This document shows positions 1 through 9,056 of a stretch of 64,000 bases of DNA, in pieces. Source of the DNA: Candidatus Bathyarchaeota archaeon (GTDB taxonomy: Archaea; Thermoproteota; Bathyarchaeia; Bathyarchaeales; Bathycorpusculaceae); the NCBI GenBank assembly GCA_026014725.1, contig JAOZHV010000044.1:28272-92271 (forward strand), in the 5' to 3' direction. Position 1 is the first letter of the stretch. Each line of letters starts with the position of its first letter. A program made the translations under genes and the position numbers. Below the pieces are notes generated by a model. It worked only from the letters and a program-made list of their open reading frames with translations, was not told where the DNA came from and did no database searches.

Positions 1-32
1 GGATGAGAGCTTTTCAAGCAGTCCTCTTATTC

Positions 33-1439
33 TTACTCGCCTAGGATTCTCCTAAACGCTGGGAACATCTCCGCAGCCCGCTCCCGCATCAACAGTTCAT
101 AGTACTGATAGATGATACCGACCGAAAGCAATATTCCTGTGCCTGAACCGAAAACCCCAAGGAAATCTGAAAGCCCAGCCACAAGCCCAACCACAATACC
201 GCCAAGCACTGTAACAACTGGAATGTAACGCTTGAGAATCGCTTCGATGGGCCTGCCTGACCTTCGGTAACCTGGAATCTGCATCCCACTATCCATGAGT
301 TGCTTTGCTACCTTTGAGGGACCTAAACCGCCTACTTCGAGCCAAATTAGCGAGAAGACGGCACAGAAAGCCACGATTATGCCTAGATATGCGGCTGCTC
401 TTAGAGGATCAGCAGCGACAGCATACAAACTTCTAGGTGCAGTAACGACGTAAGCAAGACCACCAACCGGAGTAACACCATTAGCGGTTTGGTTGAAATC
501 ACCTATTATCTGGAAGAACAGGTTTGTTCCTGGCGCAGGTGTTCCTAGCTGTGTCCATAATAGTTGTGAGAAGAAGTACACGTTTGCAAACAGTGCTGAT
601 GCGAAGATAACTGGCAAGTTTGATACATATAGCAGTTTGATTGGGTATCTGCTTCTGAAACCCTTGTATCCTGCGTAACTCATTGGAAGCTCAACCCTGA
701 TGCCTTCCAAGTAAATAATTATTAGGAACACTACAATGGTGGCGATGAAACCCAGAAGCGATGGATAGATCCCATTCTGAGAACCGAATACCCAATTCAT
801 CAGCGTCTGGCGACCGCCCAATAATTCTTGAAGCGAACCGAAAAACAACCCAGTTGGTGGCGAGAACATTGACCATAAAATGTTCTGTGCAACACCAGCC
901 ATAATAAAGAGGCTGATTCCACTGCCTAGTCCCCAGCCCTTCTGTACAAGCTCATCCATAAGCATGACGACTATGCCTGCGGCTATGAGTTGCAGGAAAA
1001 TTACCAGAATTGTTGGTCCTGCCAATGCGCCGTACATGCCGCTTAGGATGTATGCTCCTGCTTGAACTGCGGTAAGTATGATGCTGAAGACTTTGCTTGC
1101 TGAGGTGAAGAGTCCTCTGTCTTCAGGGTTTGACATGTCGGCTTTTATGATTGAGGAGCCGACGAGTAATTGCAGAATTAATCCTGCTGTAACTATGGGT
1201 CCAATACCCAACTCCATGAGGGTGCCGCGGTTTGAGGCGAAGATTACTCTTAGGGCACCGAAATCATCTTGCGCATTTTCTACACCATAAAGTGGGATTT
1301 CAGTCATGACAAGGAAAATAACAAGTACAAGTGCAGTCCAGAAGATTTTCTCGTTGAAGCTGACTTTGCGTTCTGGCTTTTTTATTTCGGGCAGAACTCT
1401 TCCAATTGGTTTGAAGAGGCTGAGGAATCTTCCGGCCAT
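33..1439 (-). CDS. secY: preprotein translocase subunit SecY
   Basis: 468-aa multi-TM ORF. N-terminus MAGRFLSLFKPIGRVLPEIKKPERKVSFNEKIFWT is typical of archaeal SecY. It sits directly downstream of uL15, as in the conserved archaeal cluster. Confidence 0.95.
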   Translation of the reverse strand: MAGRFLSLFKPIGRVLPEIKKPERKVSFNEKIFWTALVLVIFLVMTEIPLYGVENAQDDFGALRVIFASNRGTLMELGIGPIVTAGLILQLLVGSSIIKADMSNPEDRGLFTSASKVFSIILTAVQAGAYILSGMYGALAGPTILVIFLQLIAAGIVVMLMDELVQKGWGLGSGISLFIMAGVAQNILWSMFSPPTGLFFGSLQELLGGRQTLMNWVFGSQNGIYPSLLGFIATIVVFLIIIYLEGIRVELPMSYAGYKGFRSRYPIKLLYVSNLPVIFASALFANVYFFSQLLWTQLGTPAPGTNLFFQIIGDFNQTANGVTPVGGLAYVVTAPRSLYAVAADPLRAAAYLGIIVAFCAVFSLIWLEVGGLGPSKVAKQLMDSGMQIPGYRRSGRPIEAILKRYIPVVTVLGGIVVGLVAGLSDFLGVFGSGTGILLSVGIIYQYYELLMRERAAEMFPAFRRILGE

Positions 1440-1448
1440 TTAGCAGCT

Positions 1449-1859
1449 TTACTCTCCGTTGGTCTGGGAGCTTACGATTTCTCCGCCTGCTTGTTTGACT
1501 TTTTCTTGGGCTGATTTTGAGTAGGCTTCGACTTGTATGGTTAGGGGTTTTGTGAGTTTTCCTGTTCCGAGGAGTTTGGTGTAGCCGAGTTCGGTTAGGT
1601 TTATGTTTTGTGTTTGTGCGATTTGGTCTAGTTGGTAGAGATTGATTGTTTTTTCTTTGCGGTGTAGGCTTTGGGGTGAGGTGAACCCGTGTTTACCAAA
1701 GTAGTCTGGTTGGGTGGTTACAATTTTGCTCCAGAGGTGTTTGTGGCGTCCGACTTTACGGTTGCCTTTACTGCCTGCGTCTCGGTGTTGTCCTATTCTT
1801 CCGTATCCTACGGTTCTTGATCCTCTTAGTTTTCTGATTTTTCTTAGTTTATGTGGCAT
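1449..1859 (-). CDS. rpl15: 50S ribosomal protein uL15
   Basis: 136-aa basic ORF starting MPHKLRKIRKLRGSRTVGYGRIGQHRDAGSKGNRKVGRHKH, the uL15 N-terminal signature. Position immediately upstream of secY. Confidence 0.93.
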   Translation of the reverse strand: MPHKLRKIRKLRGSRTVGYGRIGQHRDAGSKGNRKVGRHKHLWSKIVTTQPDYFGKHGFTSPQSLHRKEKTINLYQLDQIAQTQNINLTELGYTKLLGTGKLTKPLTIQVEAYSKSAQEKVKQAGGEIVSSQTNGE

Positions 1860-1864
1860 TCTTG

Positions 1865-2323
1865 TCAGCTTCTTTGGGGGTTGTTTGTTTCTGCTTTTTG
1901 GAGTTTGATTTCTAGCACGCCGTTCTTGTATTTGGTGTGCATTGCGTTTGGAATCACTACCTTCGGCAAATTTAAACTTTTATAGTATCTTCGATCTTTT
2001 GATTTTGCCGACAGCGTGATTTTTTGATCTTTCACATGTATTTTGAGGGTTTCCTTATTAAAGCCTGCGATTTCTGCGACTATGGTTATGTTGTTTGGGT
2101 CTTGGAATATGTCGATTAGTGGTTTGGGTTCTTGTAGGTTTCGTTTAGTGTAGCCTTTGTACGGTCTGAAAAATGCTTTGTTGTGAGGTTTTGTGGTTTG
2201 GGCGTTTTGTGTTGGTGTTTTTGTGTCTTTTGGTTTTATGAGGTTGTTGAAGTTTGCCCATTTGCGGTTTTTGTTGCTTCTTCTCCATTTTGCACTCGTT
2301 TGTTCTTTCCCCCTCCGATTGAG
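1865..2323 (-). pseudogene. Hsp20/alpha-crystallin-domain small heat-shock gene. The open frame has no in-frame start, so it is apparently frameshifted or needs +1 recoding.
   Basis: My own minus-strand translation ends at TGA 1865-1867. It reads ...RPYKGYTKRNLQEPKPLIDIFQDPNNITIVAEIAGFNKETLKIHVKDQKITLSAKSKDRRYYKSLNLPKVVIPNAMHTKYKNGVLEIKLQKAETNNPQRS. The frame is open from 2323 but has no ATG/GTG/TTG before the middle of the domain. The ATG at 2288, preceded by GGAGGGGG, lies in the neighbouring frame that stops at 2145. Confidence 0.6.
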
Positions 2324-2535
2324 TTACGAATCTCTTTATCGATACTATAAAAGATATCGCACATAAAGGGTTAGAATTGACCTGAAGTACAGGATGCTGT
2401 TTAATCATGAATGTGGTGATTGTGTTTGGGGTTTGCGGTGGGTTTTGGTGTTTTGGGTTGTTTTGTTTTCTTATAGTTGTTGAAAGTAAGCAATATAGCG
2501 CTGAAGGGGCTGGTTGAGAATATTTTATTGGAGAA

Positions 2536-2644
2536 AAACGTGCTGCTCTCCGATAGACCCTATCCCCCTATTTAAAGGCGGATTTTTCAACATGTTAATG
2601 GCGTTGAAAAGAGTCAATAACACCTACCCCCTATAGGGTTCTGC
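2536..2644 (-). repeat. dispersed intergenic repeat, family A copy (TAGGGGGATAGG core with TATA-like TTTAAA box) followed by a family-B-like CCCTATAGGG palindrome
   Basis: tgctgctctccgatagaccctatccccctatttaaaggcggatttttcaac...gttgaaaag aligns by eye with the reverse complement of 26594-26672 and with 33019-33069 and 35885-35933. 2621-2644 (cacctaccccctatagggttctgc) is the reverse complement of the family-B core. Confidence 0.7.
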
Positions 2645-2673
2645 AATGAGTTTCTAATAGGCGGCAAATAGGT

Positions 2674-2889
2674 TCAGTGCGAAGATTCTTTTGTTCGTTG
2701 ACTTTTCCATTTGTCTGGGTCTCGCAGATTTTGCACTGGCGCGTCATTCGTGTAGCCATGTTCCGCTTGAACTTTTTGCTTGTACTTTTGCTCTGCCAGT
2801 TTTGCTTTGCCTTCTTTACTGCTCAACTCTACGCTGTTTTCGAGCTTTCTGATGGTTTTGCCTATTCTACGTTGCCCTCTCGTAACCAT
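2674..2889 (-). CDS. hypothetical small Lys/Glu-rich protein
   Basis: 71-aa ORF only. No recognisable motif and it lies in a repeat-containing intergenic stretch. Confidence 0.2.
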   Translation of the reverse strand: MVTRGQRRIGKTIRKLENSVELSSKEGKAKLAEQKYKQKVQAEHGYTNDAPVQNLRDPDKWKSQRTKESSH

Positions 2890-3181
2890 ATTTACCCTCT
2901 CTTTATTTTCATTATCTTATCGAAGGGTTTATGGATTTTGGATGAGAAAAGCAGGTGTAAAATTTAATTTTCAACAGAATGTTTATTCTAGTTTATATGC
3001 AAGAATCTGATTTTGCGAAAATCTTATAAATAAAATTCTCTGATAACGATTGTTTATTGGGCAGGGGGCAAAGTAGTGTCGATTTTACAGCTACTCGAGA
3101 GTTTAAAAAATTCTTGAGATGCTTGAGAGATAATCAGCATTGTTTGCTTTTTGCTCAATAAAATTAGGAGAAAAAAGAAAA

Positions 3182-5728
3182 ATGCAAAAGAAAGGAAAAA
3201 CAGCGGCAATCGCAATCGCTCTAATTCTGATGTTGACTATGATTATTTCGCTTGTTCCATTACCAATCGCGCAAGGTTGGACAGGTCATAAAAAATCATA
3301 TGCTTACATCGGCGCTACACCGAACCCAGTCGCCATAAATGAGGAAGTTCTGCTTCACGTGGGGATTACCCAGCCTTTGGAAATCACAGAGGACAAATGG
3401 CGCGGCTTACTGATATACGTGACTCGACCTGACGGTACAAAAGAGACGCTTGGTCCCTTCGATACTGACTCAACAGGCGGCACAGGCACAATATACGTGC
3501 CAACCATGGAAGGTACATACAAACTACAGACATACTTCCCTCCACAATGGTACAACAAGACCAATAACGTCTACTACGAAGAAGACTACAGTGACATCCT
3601 AGAACTTGTGGTAGGCGCTGAGCCCTCCCAGTTCTGGCCAGGTGTACCGCTTCCAACAGAATACTGGAGCCGCCCAATCGACAGTCAAATTAGAGAATGG
3701 GCGCCAATCGCAGGTCATTGGCTATCACCTGCAAGCATCTACGGCACTGCTGAAAGCTTAGGCCAAGAAGATGCGCCAGAAAGCGCACATGTCCTTTGGC
3801 AAAAGCAACTGGTAATAGGCGGTCTAGGTGGAGGCGTTGGTCTATCTGAACCAGCAGCAATCTTCCCCGGTGACGCTTATGAAGGCAAATTCAGTAGTAG
3901 CCTAGTCATCATGGGCATACTCATATACGTAAAGTTTGACACAGTCGGAGGCAGCAATGTCACCAACTGGATCTGCGCTGTCGATCTGCATACAGGAGAA
4001 ACGCTGTGGGAAAAAGAATTGCTTAACGCTGCGGGGCAACGTTTATTCCCACAGTATGGTCAAGTGATGTACTGGAAGAGTTTCAACACGCAAGGTGTTT
4101 ACGCATATCTTTTCTGTGGCACATCTTCAGGAATGTTCGCTGCGGCTTCATCCACTCTGGAAGCGTTTGACCCCTACACTGGGCGTTGGCTATTCAGATT
4201 TACGAATATGCCAAGCGGCACCCGCACGTATGGTCCTAACGGCGAAATCCTGATATACACGCTTAACCAGCAACGCGGCTACATGACTATGTGGAACTCA
4301 ACAGCTGTCATTAGTGCCTACTGGGGCACTACCCAGAACAACCCAGCCTTTGGTTCTTGGCAACCTCAGGGAAAAACCATTGATGCACAAGGCGCAGTTC
4401 CTGTGACTACCGCAACACCCTATGGATACAACGGCTACACAAGAAACGTTTCAATACCTCTAGGATTACCTGGAAGCGTTTCTTACGTGTTCCACGATGA
4501 CACAATTGTCGGTTATACAAGGCTTGGCACGACTGGAATGTTTTCAACCGAAACTCTCAATGATGCACCATTCATACTCTGGGCTATTGATGCAAAGACT
4601 GGTTCACTAAAGTTCAATAAAACAATCGCTGCACCAAGCGGAAACGTTTCTCTTTCAGTTGCAGCAGGAAGCGCTGAAGACAGACTCGTAGCTATATGGT
4701 GCAAAGAACTGACAAAGTTCTACACCTATAGCATTGATACGGGCAACTTTATGTGGGAAACGCCTTCACAGCACTATCTAGACATCTTTGCTATGTATCC
4801 ACGCTTTGCATACGGTAAACTGTACTCAAATGGTATGAGCGGAATAATGTATGCATACGACGCCAAAACAGGCAAACTAGCTTGGAACTACACCTACAAA
4901 GACCCATGGTCAGAAACCTTATGGTCTGACTACTGGTCATCTTTGAGGCCTCGCATTGTTGCTGATGGCAAAATCTACTTAGGCCAAAGCGAACACTCAG
5001 TCAACCAGCCGCAACCCCGTGGTGCACCCTTCGTCTGCCTCAACGCAACTACAGGCGAGGAAATCTGGTCTATAGCGGGCATGTTCCGCCAAACTGACTG
5101 GGGAGGAAGTGCAGTCATGGGAGACAGCATAATTGCAACAATGGACACATACAACCAAATGATATATGCCATAGGCAAAGGACCTTCGGCAACTACAGTT
5201 TCAGCACCCGACATCGGTGTTCCATTCGGCACATCAGTAACCATTAAAGGTATGGTAACTGACGTTTCGCCAGGAACAGACGGTATCGTCTTGCAAAAAC
5301 GGTTCCCGAATGGTGTTCCAGCTGTAGCAGACGAATCAATGTCTGAATGGATGCTGTACGTCTACAAGCAGTTTGAAAGACCCGCGGACGCTAAAGGAGT
5401 TGAAGTTACTATTAGTGTGCTTGATGCAAACGGTAACTTCCGAGACATCGGCACAACCACTACTAGTAGCATGGATGGCTTCTATAGCTTATCGTGGACT
5501 CCTGACGTTCCAGGCGAATACAAAGTCTATGCACGCTTTGCAGGCTCAGCCGGATACTACCCATCACACGCTGAAACCGCATTCACAGTGGATGAAGCAC
5601 TACCCACACCAACAGAGCAACCGCAAATCTCGCTGCCTCCAATTGAGCTGTACGTCGTCGGCATGGGCATTGCGATAATTGTTGCAGTAGCTATTGCCGC
5701 ACTGCTCATCATCAAGAAAAGACCATAA
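3182..5728 (+). CDS. secreted/anchored PQQ-like beta-propeller repeat surface protein (paralogue of 17448-20162)
   Basis: ATG at 3182 preceded by AGGAG. N-terminal signal/TM KTAAIAIALILMLTMIISLVPLPIAQG. Repeated PQQ-type motifs (AVDLHTGETLWEKE, AIDAKTGSLKF, YAYDAKTGKLAWNY, CLNATTGEEIWS). C-terminal Ig-like segment, then TM plus a basic tail (GMGIAIIVAVAIAALLIIKKRP). Confidence 0.85.
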   Translation: MQKKGKTAAIAIALILMLTMIISLVPLPIAQGWTGHKKSYAYIGATPNPVAINEEVLLHVGITQPLEITEDKWRGLLIYVTRPDGTKETLGPFDTDSTGGTGTIYVPTMEGTYKLQTYFPPQWYNKTNNVYYEEDYSDILELVVGAEPSQFWPGVPLPTEYWSRPIDSQIREWAPIAGHWLSPASIYGTAESLGQEDAPESAHVLWQKQLVIGGLGGGVGLSEPAAIFPGDAYEGKFSSSLVIMGILIYVKFDTVGGSNVTNWICAVDLHTGETLWEKELLNAAGQRLFPQYGQVMYWKSFNTQGVYAYLFCGTSSGMFAAASSTLEAFDPYTGRWLFRFTNMPSGTRTYGPNGEILIYTLNQQRGYMTMWNSTAVISAYWGTTQNNPAFGSWQPQGKTIDAQGAVPVTTATPYGYNGYTRNVSIPLGLPGSVSYVFHDDTIVGYTRLGTTGMFSTETLNDAPFILWAIDAKTGSLKFNKTIAAPSGNVSLSVAAGSAEDRLVAIWCKELTKFYTYSIDTGNFMWETPSQHYLDIFAMYPRFAYGKLYSNGMSGIMYAYDAKTGKLAWNYTYKDPWSETLWSDYWSSLRPRIVADGKIYLGQSEHSVNQPQPRGAPFVCLNATTGEEIWSIAGMFRQTDWGGSAVMGDSIIATMDTYNQMIYAIGKGPSATTVSAPDIGVPFGTSVTIKGMVTDVSPGTDGIVLQKRFPNGVPAVADESMSEWMLYVYKQFERPADAKGVEVTISVLDANGNFRDIGTTTTSSMDGFYSLSWTPDVPGEYKVYARFAGSAGYYPSHAETAFTVDEALPTPTEQPQISLPPIELYVVGMGIAIIVAVAIAALLIIKKRP

Positions 5729-5884
5729 AGTGCTTTTAACAACCACCTTCCCCCTATTTTTTCTTAATTCTTCAGTCAAGGCAACTCGATTAACTGCTAC
5801 CTCTATCTTACATAAAATTCAATCAATGAAATGGCAAAATAGTCCTAAAAAGGCAAAAAATAAGGGTTCCTTGGGCAAAGGCGC

Positions 5885-6796
5885 TTAAGAACCCATCAAT
5901 TTGAGAAATATCGCCTTAGCAGAGTAAAGCCTGTTTTCTGCCTGCTCATAAATCACTGATTTTTGGCTTTCAATGACTTCCGCGCTAATCTCGTATCCAC
6001 GGTGAATAGGCATATCATGCATCACGTAAGCGTCACTGCCTTTGAGCAGTTGGGCGTTGATTTGGTAGGGCATCATAAGTTTAATGCGCTTCTCTTTTTC
6101 CTTGGCAAACTTTGGGTCAGAGAAGAATTCCATGTCAATCCATGTGTCAGTGTAAACGAAATCCGCATCCAAAACCGCCTCTTTTGCGTCTAAGGTTGAT
6201 TGCCAAAGCCCAGATTTTTTTGCTTCAGATAGTATTTCCTCGTCTCTTGCAGCTTCATTAAAAATAGGTGTAACCGTGGTTAATTTGACGCCTGTTCTGG
6301 TGCAACCCTCAATGAGCGAGTTGCAAACGTTGTTATGGACGCCTATGTAGACGAGTTTGGCACCTTTGAGCTTGCCATGTTTCTCTTTTACAGTTATAAG
6401 GTCTGCTAAGGCTTGCGTTGGATGGTACTTCTCGTCGCAACCGTTGATTACTGGAACACGAGACGCAGCGGCAACTTTCATTAAATCAGAATTATAAAGC
6501 AACCGAGCCATAATGCAATCAACATTACGCGACAAGTACCGTATTTCGTCTGTTATGTCCGCTAACGTGAAATTGGTCGTTCTCCAATCGATAAACAAGC
6601 TGTGACCGCCAAGCTGCGTCATAGCAACCTCAAACGCGACTCTGGTGCGCGTAGAGGTTTTTTGGAAAATCAACGCCGCAGACTTGCCCTCAAACGTTTT
6701 GAGGTACTTGGCTGGGTTATTTTTGACTTTGATGCCTAAATCGACTAGAGCTTCCAGCTGTTGACCTGTGAGTTCTTTGAAATTGATGAGGTGCAT
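5885..6796 (-). CDS. ornithine/aspartate carbamoyltransferase-family protein (OTCase-like, atypical substrate motifs)
   Basis: STRTR carbamoyl-phosphate motif, HPTQALAD, and the OTC-like NNVCNSL segment. Start moved to MHLINFKELTG (ATG 6794-6796) because the longer N-terminal extension overlaps the divergent gene. Confidence 0.85.
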   Translation of the reverse strand: MHLINFKELTGQQLEALVDLGIKVKNNPAKYLKTFEGKSAALIFQKTSTRTRVAFEVAMTQLGGHSLFIDWRTTNFTLADITDEIRYLSRNVDCIMARLLYNSDLMKVAAASRVPVINGCDEKYHPTQALADLITVKEKHGKLKGAKLVYIGVHNNVCNSLIEGCTRTGVKLTTVTPIFNEAARDEEILSEAKKSGLWQSTLDAKEAVLDADFVYTDTWIDMEFFSDPKFAKEKEKRIKLMMPYQINAQLLKGSDAYVMHDMPIHRGYEISAEVIESQKSVIYEQAENRLYSAKAIFLKLMGS

Positions 6797-6899
6797 CTTG
6801 TTTGCCTTCAGTATGCCTTGAACCAAGCATGTAATAATAAGCTTTATGCAAAAACTTTTTCCGCAAACAACCCTAAACCACATAAAGGAAACACAAAAC

Positions 6900-7724
6900 A
6901 TGATTCTCCTCGTAGCCTCAAACAAGGACACTGCAAGCCTAAACATCAAACAACAAATCCTAAGCCACTACCCCTTCCGCCAAACCGCAGATACATTCCA
7001 GCAAACACCATTGTACGCGGCAGAAGTAAACGGTAAAAACGTAACCTTAGCAACTTTAAACCAAGAAAGCGTCCATGCACAAAACCTGCCAGAGGACTTT
7101 CCTGACGCGGAATTGATTGTTTTCATCTCAAGGCACAGCAGCCAAAGCGGCAAACCCACCCTGTCGGTTCACACTCCTGGAAACTTTGGCAACGCTGAAC
7201 TAGGCGGACTGCCACGATGTGTCTCAGTTTGCCCCGCCGTGGCTATGCAAACAGCCCTAAAAGCGCTCATGCACCAAAAAGAGCAGTTAAGCCTAGACTA
7301 CGAAGTATCATATGAGTGCACCCATCATGGTCCAAGCCTCGACGTGCCAACAATGTTTGTGGAATTAGGCAGTTGCGAAACCCAATGGAACGATTTAACG
7401 GCGGCACAAGCCGTTGCCCACGCCGCAATGCACGCCATCTCCAAATTTTCAGCCCCATCGGGTCCTGCCGTTCTCGGCATAGGCGGAACACACTACAACC
7501 AAAAGTTCACCCGCATGGCACTCTCAGACGAGGCAGTGTTTGGGCACATGATACCCAAGTACGCGGTTAACCTTGTTGATGGGGAAATGTTGGGGCAGTG
7601 TGTTGAGCGGACTTTAGAGAAGGTGGAGTTGGCGGTTTTGGATTGGAAAGGCATCAAAAGCGAAGACAAACCAGCCCTGTTGCAGGCGCTAGAGGCTTCT
7701 GGGCTGTCTTTCATGAAAGTTTAG
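6900..7724 (+). CDS. dtdA: D-aminoacyl-tRNA deacylase, archaeal type (DTD2/DtdA)
   Basis: MILLVASNKDTASLNI..., FISRHSSQSGKPTLSVHTPGN, ECTHHGPS, LGIGGTHYN, FGHMIPKYA and LDWKG match the archaeal DtdA pattern as I recall it. Confidence 0.85.
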   Translation: MILLVASNKDTASLNIKQQILSHYPFRQTADTFQQTPLYAAEVNGKNVTLATLNQESVHAQNLPEDFPDAELIVFISRHSSQSGKPTLSVHTPGNFGNAELGGLPRCVSVCPAVAMQTALKALMHQKEQLSLDYEVSYECTHHGPSLDVPTMFVELGSCETQWNDLTAAQAVAHAAMHAISKFSAPSGPAVLGIGGTHYNQKFTRMALSDEAVFGHMIPKYAVNLVDGEMLGQCVERTLEKVELAVLDWKGIKSEDKPALLQALEASGLSFMKV

Positions 7725-7833
7725 CGCTTTTTCTGCAAAGTAACGTTTAAAAGGCTTAGCGATGTAGGTTTTAAACTAAAAAGTTACAGCAACGTTTATT
7801 ATTCCTTAGTGAAATCTTGAGTGTGCGGTAAAT

Positions 7834-8007
7834 ATGGGAATAAAATCTTGGCTTACACAGGCGGCAAGAACCTTAAAATTAGCCTCCAAACCTGACAGAG
7901 AAGAGCTGTGGCTCTCGATAAAAATCAGTCTCCTCGGCATAGGTGTAGTAGGGTTAATCGGCTTTGTCATCAAACTAATCGCCACAACACTCACACAGGG
8001 TGTTTAG
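7834..8007 (+). CDS. secE: protein translocase subunit SecE / Sec61-gamma
   Basis: 57-aa ORF, below the ORF-track cutoff, from my own translation: MGIKSWLTQAARTLKLASKPDREELWLSIKISLLGIGVVGLIGFVIKLIATTLTQGV. Single C-terminal TM. Canonical position immediately upstream of spt5/nusG. Confidence 0.75.
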   Translation: MGIKSWLTQAARTLKLASKPDREELWLSIKISLLGIGVVGLIGFVIKLIATTLTQGV

Positions 8008-8019
8008 AAGGTACTTTTT

Positions 8020-8493
8020 ATGGAGAAAAAAGAAGAGCAAGCTCAAACCAAAATCTTTGTAGTCAAAACCACCACAGGGCAAGAACGCAACGTGGCACGG
8101 TTAATTGCTTCTAAAGTAGAAATGACCCATATTCCAATCAAAGCTCTTCTTGTTCCCGACACACTCAAAGGATACGTATTCATAGAAGCAGATGGACCAC
8201 ACCTAGTGGAAGAAGCCATCGCTGGCGTGAGGCATGTGCGCTCCAGAATCCCTGGTCTTGTAAGTTTTAGCGAAATTGAACGGTACATTGTTCGCAAACC
8301 AGTCATGGAAGACCTCAACGAGGACGATGTTGTGGAAATCACAGGTGGACCGTTCAAAGGCATGCGAGCCAAAATCACAAGGCTTGACAAGTCAAAAGGC
8401 GAAGTTACGCTTGAGTTGCTCGAAGCAACGTTCACTTTGCCAATCACAGTCCATTCAGACTATGTAAAACTAGTAGAAAAAGCAAAAGCATAA
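8020..8493 (+). CDS. spt5: transcription elongation factor Spt5 (NusG)
   Basis: 157 aa. NGN-like N-terminus KIFVVKTTTGQERNVARLI and a KOW-like VVEITGGPFKGMRAKITRLD. Conserved secE-spt5-L11 order. Confidence 0.9.
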   Translation: MEKKEEQAQTKIFVVKTTTGQERNVARLIASKVEMTHIPIKALLVPDTLKGYVFIEADGPHLVEEAIAGVRHVRSRIPGLVSFSEIERYIVRKPVMEDLNEDDVVEITGGPFKGMRAKITRLDKSKGEVTLELLEATFTLPITVHSDYVKLVEKAKA

Positions 8494-8508
8494 AGGTGAA
8501 ACAAGAAA

Positions 8509-8997
8509 ATGGCAGAGAAAAAAGTTGTAGAATTGCTCGTAAACGGCGGACAAGCCAATGCAGGTCCACCCTTGGGTCCAGCTCTTGGCCCGTTAGGCAT
8601 AAACATCATGGCTGTTGTCAACAAGATTAACGAGTTAACCAAAGACTACGCTGGGATGAAAGTTCCAGTAAAAATCAGCGTTAACCAAGAAGACAAAACC
8701 TTCGAAGTAAGCGTCGGTACACCTACAGCATCAGCATTAATCGTTTCCGAACTTAAAATTGAGAAGGGTTCAGGAACCCCAAACACCGTTAAAGTCGGTG
8801 ACCTCTCCGTTGAGCAACTGGTGAAGATAGCAAAAATCAAAAGTCCTCAGCTATTAGCCCCGAACATCAAGTTGGCAACCAAAGAATTGCTGGGTACCTG
8901 CGTTAGCATGGGCGTCACCGTTGAGGGCAAAGACCCCCGAGAAGTCCAAAAAGAGATAGATGCTGGCAACTACGAAAACCTATTCGGTACTGGCTAA
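8509..8997 (+). CDS. rpl11: 50S ribosomal protein uL11
   Basis: 162 aa. [25 protein letters not shown] is the uL11 signature. Confidence 0.95.
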   Translation: MAEKKVVELLVNGGQANAGPPLGPALGPLGINIMAVVNKINELTKDYAGMKVPVKISVNQEDKTFEVSVGTPTASALIVSELKIEKGSGTPNTVKVGDLSVEQLVKIAKIKSPQLLAPNIKLATKELLGTCVSMGVTVEGKDPREVQKEIDAGNYENLFGTG

Positions 8998-9056
8998 ATG
9001 ATAAGCGAATATTTTTATAATGGGTTTCCAATCCCTCATTGGCACGAGGCTTAAAA

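Noticed and set aside
6797-6949. 51-codon N-terminal extension of the carbamoyltransferase ORF (MMFRLAVSLFEATRR...). The 55577 extension of the ferredoxin ORF and the 42895 extension of ogg are similar cases.
   Set aside because: The extensions overlap neighbouring genes, lack homology-like sequence, and internal ATGs with better spacing or SD context reproduce family-typical N-termini.
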